Assembly (NCBI GenBank): GCA_012295275.1
Contig: CM022672.1
Location: 24,862,001-24,926,000 of the forward strand
Direction of reading: 5' to 3'
DNA length: 64,000 bases
From: Chrysomallon squamiferum
Lineage: Eukaryota > Animalia > Mollusca
Shown: piece by piece, positions 54,546 through 64,000 of the stretch
Layout: every line of letters starts with the position of its first letter
Numbering within the stretch: position 1 is the stretch's first letter
The notes under the pieces: model-generated
What the model was told of the DNA's origin: nothing
The model's input: the letters and a program-made list of their open reading frames with translations, nothing else
Database searches by the model: none
Translations under genes and position numbers: made by a program

Positions 54546-56132
54546 TGGAAGGACGGGATGTTTCTGTTGTTTTTAACTGAATTTGTTTCGATTTGTTATT
54601 TTTAATTAATTTTTTTTTTTCATTTTTAATATTATGTACATTATTTTATTATTTTTAAAAATTATTTGCACTGTTATTGTTAACTTTTTTTTATTGAATA
54701 TATACATTTTTATTTTATTTTTAATAGCAGTGGTAAAGTTGAAGTAGTAACATAATAATAGCAACTGCAGTAGCTGTATTAAAATTAGAAATAGCAAAAC
54801 CTGTAGAAATCGTAGTTGTAGTAGATGTAGTAGCTGCAGCAAAACTACTAATAATAGTCGTAGCAGAATAACAATAGTAGCAACAGTAGTAGTATAAGAA
54901 TTGATTTTGTGATTGACAAGTTTAATAATGCAAAAATACTCAGATGGCATATGATAATGAGAGATAATGGTCTTATACATTAAGGATAGATTAGATACAT
55001 CAAAGTTACTAGCATGTGTTGTTTGTTTTTGTTGTTTATCTGATGATGAGACGGAATAGGAAATATAAAGCTAACTAAACAGGCAGCAATTGAGTTTATA
55101 CCTTCTCATAGAAAGAAATTATACACCACAGTCTTTGATAAACAAAAAGTTGTGTGATACCAGGTGGAAGTGAAACAAACATAAATAATACATATAATTT
55201 TAAATATAATATTTAATAACTATAATAAAGTGTTGCTGAAAGAATTCTTTAATTCATTAATTCTATGTAAATTTATTATGTCATCGACATTCTATAAACT
55301 TATGTAACATTAGAAACTGCCTTAAATGCGACTAGGACTTTTTCTTCTTGTCGTGCCATATCTCGCCCTCAATGGCGTAATGTTAGACGACAGGGAATAA
55401 TACGTAGATTGACGAAGAGATTTCAGGAAAGTTACCAACAGCATAACAGATCGGCAGCTCCATGCTATTATCTGTGAACACCTGGCAGGTACACTTCCAA
55501 CAGATCAATATAATTGTCGTCTGTGATAGTTAGACGAAGTTAATATCACACTCACGCAACATTTGAAACAAATAACGGCATTTTAGCAGTTGTGTGTGAA
55601 GTTCAGCTCGGTAAAGTTTTGTATTTTAAAGAAAAGCTGAGAAAGAAAGAAAGCAAATTTGTCAACACAAAATGTATATAAAAATAGAAGTACATTGACA
55701 GAAAACTGTTTATTTTAAAAATTTCATGAAGTTGGCTAAATCGTAATTATTCGAGAATTGTGACTGAGGCATGTTTGGTCATTGATCAATCCTACACAGC
55801 ATGCCCACCGAGTCGTTTCCAGTTCCAATTAATGCTCATTTATTAATGACAATGGTTTATGCTTTCCCTTGTATGGGAAGATATATATTTAAAAATAAAC
55901 ACCAAAAATATACTGGAGCTGATATATACTGTTGTCCTGGAGACGATCTTCTAATAGTGAACGCCTGAATTTCGATTGTTATTATTACTAATTTTAATTT
56001 TCGCGTCACTTTTTCTTCATTTTATCCAGCTTCTATATATATTTAGACTATAAGGAATAAACAATTAAATTATAATACATTTTATAATATATGTTTTGTA
56101 TACTTTACACAGACAAACCCACACACACACAT

Positions 56133-56186
<54 letters not shown>

Positions 56187-56533
56187 TCATAAATAATTAA
56201 TTTGATACATGATACAAAAGAAGAGAGCATAATACAAATATATTAAACAAAGAAACGGTATAATGTTTTGTAGCAAGTATCCGCCACAGGTAAATAAACT
56301 GTATTAATGTCAGTGTAAGGGGCAGTGATGTAACAAGTAATAAAGTGATGCCTCTGGGACACAAATAAAATACTGTTTGATTTCTAACTAGTGTTAGTCT
56401 GATATGAGAAAAGGGAAGAAATATTTTATTTCACCACTCAGTGAAAACATTTTTTAAAACCACTTTTTCTGTTAACAGTAAGGAACATTTTATATGTACC
56501 CTCCCCCAAAATAGGAAGGCACACATTAGTTCT

Positions 56534-56639
<106 letters not shown>

Positions 56640-58294
56640 CTACATTACAGTTAGAGAGATGTGTGTGTGTTTGTGTGTGTTGTTATGGATGCAAGCATTC
56701 TGTTTATAAACGTAGTCGAATTTAAATTAATTCATATAAGACTACTTAAATTTGTGCCATGAGTTCAGGGTTTGCGTATCTGTAGGGTCGTGACATTTTT
56801 GTAAAACTAGATATGTTACAAATATAACAATATGTTACGACACAAACAAAATAGCCGACAGGCAGATAGATATCAACAAAATCACTTAATATGACACGAG
56901 GGTTTGGTTTCACTGTGAGACTTCAGCAATCATTAATTCGTTGTATGGAAAATACTACTTAGTGCAAAAAAAAAATACAATAAGGAATACTTGAATATTT
57001 TTATTATTATTATTTTTTTTTTATATTTTAGCAGACATCATGATATAGTAAATACATGTTAAAGTATAATAATATCATATACTTAATCTATAATGAGTAA
57101 AACGAAAAATAATGATATATGATGTTTTAAAAAGAATGTACGATTAATATTCCAGATAAGAAAATATTACATGCTAAACTTAAGCGGGACATGAAACATT
57201 TTGAAATATATGATTTTTACTGCTTAATTAATTAATTAATTTAGTTATTTATTCATCTGGATGGGTGGATGGATCATGCATACATTTATTGAAAAATGGC
57301 TTTTAGGGAATATTTATCTTATAAGCTATGAAAATTTTAAAAATTTCTTTTTCGTTTAATATGCACCTTTTTTTAAAATTCACCCAGGTTAATGGAAAAT
57401 AAAACAAAGTTTAACTACGTATATTTCAGTGACACATCAATGACATCAAAACGAACGAGAGTTGAAACACATACAACAAATCTTAAGTTTATATCTAACC
57501 ATTATCAGGATAATTGAAATGATCAAAAAGATTACGGTGTCTGACTGAAAACCCCAGGGGACATCAGTAAGAAAACTCTTTATTCGCTCACACTCACTGT
57601 CTGTGCAAATAACAGAACTACCACCCGTTTCTTGGCCAGAAAAGCCACAACGTTGATGAGTTTGACAGAAACGGATCAGCATATTTTTGGATTCTACAGT
57701 ACGGAATATTATTTTGTTGCTCTGAGAGAAAAGATCAGACTGTTATCTCCAATTCATTTGTTCTGTCGTGGAATATATTAACAAAATATACTGACTGCAC
57801 GTACATAAGTAACCAAACCAGATTATGTTTTAGATGTTTGTGCTTGCACGTGAAACATTTGTAAAAATATTTTTAACTTCTGTATACGTTCACAAGCTTT
57901 TATAGTTACAGAATTTTAAATATTTTCCAAATGTTTTATATTTCATTAATATCTAAATTATATTTTCATTAGTTGCTTGTACAAATAATCAGTCAAAGTG
58001 GATTTGATTGTTAATTTTTTTAAAGTTAGCATTGTTGGTATTTATGATAAATTTCAATTGTAACATTTTGATTTTGCATTTTAGATCGGAATTCATAACT
58101 TAATATCAGATGAAATATTGTGTCGGTTTTAGGTTCGCTTTGCTGTATTCGTAGAAAACATTTTGTTGTTGTTATATTTATTATTATTATTCACACTGTA
58201 ATATGTGTTTGTATGTGTGTATGTGTCTGGTTGAGCACTGGTCGCCATTTACTATGATACTTTATTATTAATGCTGCACTGTTTTAATTTGTAG

Positions 58295-58376
58295 ATGTTG
58301 GTTACATCGACGTCAGAAATGATCACTGTCGTGCTCGTTGTTATATTTCTTTCTATAAGAACAGAAAGCGTCAGCG
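58295..58376 (+). CDS. Chitin-binding protein coding exon 1, signal peptide: MLVTSTSEMITVVLVVIFLSIRTESVS
   Basis: Follows acceptor tttgtag; in-frame ATGs at 58295 and 58319; hydrophobic core; strong phase-1 donor G|gtaagt. Confidence 0.8.
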
Positions 58377-58750
58377 GTAAGTATGTAAACGTCTCAAACA
58401 TCAAGTCGTAGACGTAGCAGTTGATGTTTTTTTAAATTGTTGCAGGAATAGTAGTAAGTGTAATATTAATAGTAGTAGTAGTAGTAGTCGTGTTGATAGT
58501 GATCATAATAGCAGCAAAGATAGTTTGAAGATACTGACGGTGGTACCAACCGTAATAGCTGTTAGTATTATTGCTGTGGTGATGGTGATTCTGGTAATAA
58601 TAGAAGTAGAAACATTTGATGCATCTGCTACATTATGCTTTATCTATAAATATGTATTAATTCTTTCATTTTATTTTGATGACTTGTAATGAAGTTCAAT
58701 AGAAATACATATTTTCATCTTCATTAAAAAAAAATTTTTCTTAATTTCAG

Positions 58751-58934
58751 TGTTTCCCAGTTGCGTTTATAACTGTACTGATGTCGGATTTCCAGGAAGT
58801 TATTCAGACTGCGCCTCGTGCCACAGGTTTCTAATTTGTGTTGGCAGACGAACTCTTGTGGTGACGTGTCCCAAATTCCTTTTTTATGATCACATGATTG
58901 GGGTTTGCACCTATCACAAACCAGCTCGCTGCAG
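58751..58934 (+). CDS. Chitin-binding type-2 (CBM14/peritrophin-A-like) module 1, 8 Cys
   Basis: VFPSCVYNCTDVGFPGSYSDCASCHRFLICVGRRTLVVTCPKFLFYDHMIGVCTYHKPARC; acceptor aatttcag, donor AG|gtctgt; phase 1-2, 184 nt. Confidence 0.9.
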
Positions 58935-59494
58935 GTCTGTTGTTTTATTATTTCTTTCTATCTATCTATCATTATTATTATTATTGATTTTGTTACCATT
59001 ATATTTTCAGCTAAAACAACAACAAAAATGTTTTAAATTAGCTCTAAACAACATCATCAATAACAAAATAATTCAGTTACGTTTTGTTACTGTTGATGAT
59101 AATGTGGTATGTCTAAATATATTTTTCTAAACTGTTCTCAGAATGTAAAAACCATGATCTATTCTTCTCCTGTCCGAAATGTGGGTTAAAAATAATAGAG
59201 AGATTAAACTATAGTTAACAATGTCAGTATCAACTAGATTCAGTATCGATATCTTAAAGCAAAATGATGTCTGTAATGTGTAAATACCTATAACTAGATC
59301 GTATGCCAAACACGATTGACCATTGCCTTTGTTAAAAATATCGATTAACCACCGATTTTTTAAAATCTCAGCTTTGTTACGAGACCATAATAATAAGAAG
59401 CCATCCTGTATCCGGATGATAACCTTGAGGTATAATATATTGATTATCATCAACTTAATATTTTTTATTTAATATCTCGATGCACATCTTCTAG

Positions 59495-59610
59495 TTTAGG
59501 ATCTGAAACTGGAGAACAAAAATGGAACATATCGGAACAGGTGTTTTCGGCTTCTCGGGGAAAATTTCTACCAACAACGTTACCGGAATGGTTATCTCAT
59601 CCTCGTCCTG
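59495..59610 (+). CDS. Linker exon: SLGSETGEQKWNISEQVFSASRGKFLPTTLPEWLSHPRP
   Basis: Acceptor cttctag, donor G|gtaagt; phase 2-1, 116 nt; open and exactly bridges modules 1 and 2. Confidence 0.8.
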
Positions 59611-60004
59611 GTAAGTTTAGTCCTGGGTACGATCTTGAAGTAAACTGATTTTTCATTTAATGGTAATTATGATAATCACGCAATAATCAGTCAAAGTCTT
59701 GATTGTAATCATATACTCATCACCATCATCATTACAGATTATTCTGTAGATGACAATATTTTTCGGAATCTTTCCTTAATTATCAGTCTATTTGAAAATT
59801 TTTGAAATATTTCATTGAAGATTATCGTTATTGGTATTCAGTTTAGGAGCTTGTTCCTTTTTATTCCAGTGAGTTTTCCTTTATTTATTTGATAAACGTC
59901 ATTACTGTTGTTTTTTAATGTTAAGGTGGGTGTTGTTTGTTTGATTTTTTTTTTTGTTTTTGTTATTTTTTATTTATTTGCATATTTATTTATTGTTGTC
60001 ATAG

Positions 60005-60187
60005 CTCCTACAGCGTGTGTCATCAACTGTTCAGAAGTGAATTTCTCTGGACGCTATGCTGACTGTTCTTCTTGTTCTACGATGGTTGTCTGTATTGGGA
60101 CGCGCATGACAAAGTCCAGTGCCCGCCACCTCTCCATTATGATCCGCACATCGGTGTCTGTAACTATCACTGGAAAGTTCAATGTCG
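60005..60187 (+). CDS. CBM14-like module 2 with a 1-nt deletion at about 60110-60113
   Basis: APTACVINCSEVNFSGRYADCSSCSTMVVCIGTRMT, then in a shifted frame KVQCPPPLHYDPHIGVCNYHWKVQC, donor CG|gtgag. Length 183 nt versus 184 nt for module 1. Confidence 0.88.
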
Positions 60188-60267
60188 GTGAGAGAAAAAA
60201 TCAATAACAACTACAACAATAACAAAACAAAATTAAACCTTATTTTATGTTTAACAAAGGACTCAAA

Positions 60268-60322
<55 letters not shown>

Positions 60323-60490
60323 TAATAAATACATTAAATAAATAAAATTAAAAGATTCTCCGATTATTTATCCGTTGAATTGTTCAATTTCTTGTATATT
60401 ATTTAATCTGAATAGTTATTAAAACAAATTCAGGGTAGTTTACAGTAGAATTATTATTGGACTGTTTCTGTAGCTATTATTATGTTGTTG

Positions 60491-60541
<51 letters not shown>

Positions 60542-60631
60542 CTTGTTCTTTTTTCTCACTCACTTTCTTTTCTTCTTTTTTTTTTTGATTTTAACATTAC
60601 TTCATACTTTATTTTATGAATGTAACACTAG

Positions 60632-60696
60632 GAAACAACTGGGAAATGGAATTCACGTTCAGACTAAGACTAAATCAGGTCATGCTGTTCGGAAAA
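60632..60696 (+). CDS. Linker exon RKQLGNGIHVQTKTKS(GHAVRK), two in-frame donors (60678 or 60696)
   Basis: Acceptor cactag; phase-2 start; donors G|gtcatg and A|gtaaga both phase 1; no stops. Confidence 0.65.
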
Positions 60697-61183
60697 GTAA
60701 GAAATGTTCTGCTTTGTATCGTCATTTATTAAGTTTAACCAACTTTTAGGCACATGTTCTTTCATTCATTCATCAATGTAATAACTAACTACCGAACTAA
60801 GAACATTTAAAAATTAATATTTCCAAGTTGTTTTCATAAGCAGAATTCTCGAAACAGATAGATCAGAAGTATAAAACGGACTATTATTTCAAGGAAATAT
60901 CTTTTAAAACAGATCATATATTAAATAAACAGGGACTCCATTTATAAAAAAAAAAAAAAAAAAAAAATAAAATAAAATGTAATCATAAACTTGATAAAAA
61001 AAAAAAAAAAAAAAAACATACTACAAATAAAAAAAAAATCAGTTTATTTCCGTCCTTTGAATTCTTCGCACCGGTCTTGTTAAGAATATTTTCAAATTGA
61101 TAAATCGATTTAAATAAATAAATAAACAGATAAATAAATGTATTCTATCTCTTCTTACTTACTAAGTTATTTTGCGTTTTTAG

Positions 61184-61364
61184 ACGGAAAATGTATAAAA
61201 GACTGTTCACAAGTCAGTATTCCTGGAAAGTACGCAAGCTGCCATTCTTGTTCCAAATTCGTGCTGTGTGTAGGAAAGAAAATGTTCCTGTTGAACTGCC
61301 CGAAAAAGTTGCTGTTTGATTCAAATAACAAATTTTGTACATTCGCCAAAAAAGTCGACTGCCG
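61184..61364 (+). CDS. CBM14-like module 3, Lys-rich
   Basis: GKCIKDCSQVSIPGKYASCHSCSKFVLCVGKKMFLLNCPKKLLFDSNNKFCTFAKKVDC; acceptor gtttttag, donor CG|gtaatg; phase 1-2. Confidence 0.9.
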
Positions 61365-61768
61365 GTAATGTATTTATCCGTTTCATTAGATTTCCATTTT
61401 TTTTTTTTATTGTTTTTTTTTTTTTTTTTTTTTTGGTTTGATTCTTTGTTCGTTCGTTCATTTATCTATTTATTCATTTAAATATAAAATCAACAAAATA
61501 TAATAATTTCTACCGAAGTAATTTATAACTTAAATCACTCTTATTATTTCAAAACTATTTATGTTAAATACTAATTTATATAAAATAGTTATATGATTAT
61601 TTTTATCTTTTTTTTTGGGGGGGGGGCGGAGATGGGAATATATCTTTTAATCAATACTTCCTTTAGAAAGGTCTTTTTATTTAATGTTTTATGTCATTAT
61701 TATAATCAACATCATCATCATCTAAAAACGTTTTATTAACTAAACGATTTCATTTGTTATTTCTTCAG

Positions 61769-61808
61769 ATTTGCCTCCTGGAACAACGATGCTTCTTTTA
61801 AATACTAA
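61769..61808 (+). CDS. Candidate short terminal exon (R)FASWNNDASFKY*
   Basis: Strong acceptor ttatttcttcag, phase-2 compatible, TAA at 61806-61808. Confidence 0.4.
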
Positions 61809-61883
61809 ATTTCAATCTCAGTGTATTATTTAATAGTCTGTATCAAGGCTTAAGCAAATTCATGATTGTTTTTATTATTTCAG

Positions 61884-62223
61884 AGACGAAATTGACGGTT
61901 TTCTAACATCTCCTGACGTTTCTAAAACAATATCTTCTAGAAATGTGCAGATAAAGCCAATTGCTGTATCCTTATCTGATGTGTCCAGTTTGGATGCTGG
62001 TCCTATGAATTCAGAAATGGAAAATTTGTTAAATTTTGTAACAAACGACACAGATCCACCTCCAGAGATAAATGTGGATTCAGTGAAAACCATATCAAAG
62101 CCTTCAAAAAACAGAGCTGGAAACCCATTAATCAGTTTAAAAATGCTGTTTTGTAAAACTTTTAATGGAGACTTCAATTTCAATCTTTCCCTCTGTGAAA
62201 AACGGCTGAAGGCACAGAGTTAA
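61884..62223 (+). CDS. Candidate long terminal exon (R)DEIDGFLTSPDVSKT...CKTFNGDFNFNLSLCEKRLKAQS*
   Basis: Acceptor tttattatttcag, phase-2 compatible, 113 open codons in the same frame as track ORF 61945-62223. Confidence 0.75.
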
Positions 62224-62854
62224 GGATTCTAGTTATGTTATTATTTTGTAATTTTATTATTTTTTTATGAATGTCATTCATTACTAATGAGCAGTGTAGA
62301 TAATAATTATATCCTCATCCAATGTAAAAAAATAATAATAAAAAGTATGTGTGTATATATCAGAATGGTGTGCTGTTTACTGATTAATTTATACAGGATT
62401 TGTCGAAAGAAACTAGTTATTAAGACCTAATTAATGAGCCTCAAGTGACAAAATGAAAAAAACCCAAACAATTGAACCTCAATGTAAATTTCATTCTATA
62501 CACATGGTAATTTATAAACGTAAGGATTTAATCATTTTTAGTTTTGTAACAAAGAACCTAAATAAGTTGTAAATAAATTTTAAAAATAATAAAACCTTTT
62601 GTTTATTATTATCAAAATTATAAAATTAAAAATCCATTTTATTTATCCCCAGTGTAAAAAAAAACAACACCAAAAAACAAACAAAAACAACATTAAAGAT
62701 CATTTTGCAAACCATTCAAAGATTTTATTATATACTTATTGAAAACATTTATATATGTTACAATAATTATGTACACGCAGATATATACAACTAAAAGAAC
62801 ATGAAAATCCTTTACAATCTTTTTAAAAAGAAAAAATGTTTAGCCTTTGTCATT

Positions 62855-62903
<49 letters not shown>

Positions 62904-64000
62904 TCTTTCTCTCTACTTCAGTTCATGACTGGTACATACAAATGATTTTAAAGCTTTGTTAACATGTAATTCTTATATAACTTTTTGTAAAAGTAAAAGA
63001 AAAAATATTTTATTAACAATTCAGAATTTAAAGTATTTACATCAGTGGAAAATAACATGAGGCATTGTAGAGGAATCAATAATTGAATAATTAGTAAAAA
63101 AAAAAAAAAATATGGAAGAAAGCCATAACCCATATCACCATGGTTACTTATACTGGGAAAAAAGACATAAGTCTATGTATATAAATGTAACTAACAAAGG
63201 AATGTTATGCTGTTAATCACTGACCTTCAGTACATTTGTAAACACTAGTAAATTCATACTGCAAATAGATATATATATTTTAGAAAAAAATGAGAACAAA
63301 CATAAAATAAAATAAATAGTTGGCAGATCATATTTTAGGGATTTTTTCTGGGGGGGTTTGTAGGTTTTTTTAAATTTAAATTGTGCTGAATAATAAATAA
63401 ATGCAAATATTTTATGATTATGTAACCAAGACTTTCTTTATTTTATTATTCATTACTTTTTATTTCTTTCTTTCTTTCTTTGTTTATTATTATTATTTTT
63501 TATAAATTGTTATTGGGTGTGGCTTTTTTGTCCTTTTATGTTCTGCTTGGATGTATTAAAGCTACATTAGTAATTTGAACAGTTAACAATTCATTATTAT
63601 CTATTTGTAAAGAAAATGAGTGGAGCGATCAAATCATTAACTCTAAATATTATGTCAAAGAAATTAAAATATAAAACTTTTTACATATTATAAAATGCTG
63701 AAATAAATCATTAAACCACCTCTTACTAAATTATACACATTGTTTTTTATATCTGAACAAAAAGGAAAACTACAATAAAAATATTATTCAGTCAAAACAG
63801 ATTATTATTTTAAGAAAATAAAATAAATAATAATTTTAAAAAAGCTAATTTTAAAATATACAGTTAAATTAAAATACATATCAGGTTGTTAACAAATATA
63901 TAAATAAAACAATTTATAGAACATTTTATTCCATTAATATATATATATATTGTCTGGTTAATATACATAAATTATTATAAAACATATTTATAAGAGATCT

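Overview
AT-rich, microsatellite-dense eukaryotic (metazoan, probably lophotrochozoan/mollusc, by inference) genomic DNA. Most ORFs in the supplied track are simple-repeat artefacts. By manual splice-aware translation I can support four loci. (1) The last two coding exons of an Lhx2/9 (apterous) LIM-homeobox gene (+; 10381-10586 and 16109-16384); its LIM exons lie upstream of the window. (2) A decayed secreted-protein gene (+; about 33.4-37.8 kb) with EGF, sushi-like and Cys-rich C-terminal exons, none recognised in the ORF track. (3) An ankyrin-repeat/SOCS-box (ASB-like) gene with a single coding exon (-; 46016-47098). (4) A multi-exon secreted protein gene with three 8-Cys chitin-binding type-2 (CBM14-like) modules (+; 58295-62223), a 1-nt frameshift in module 2 and two frame-compatible candidate terminal exons. 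Also present: several minisatellites, a tRNA-Arg-like SINE, a degenerate MITE, an intronic inverted repeat and a possible RecQ-like helicase fossil. I found no CRISPR array, no prokaryotic system and no convincing wholly new biological system. The best leads are the chitin-binding gene architecture and the hidden EGF-sushi pseudogene.
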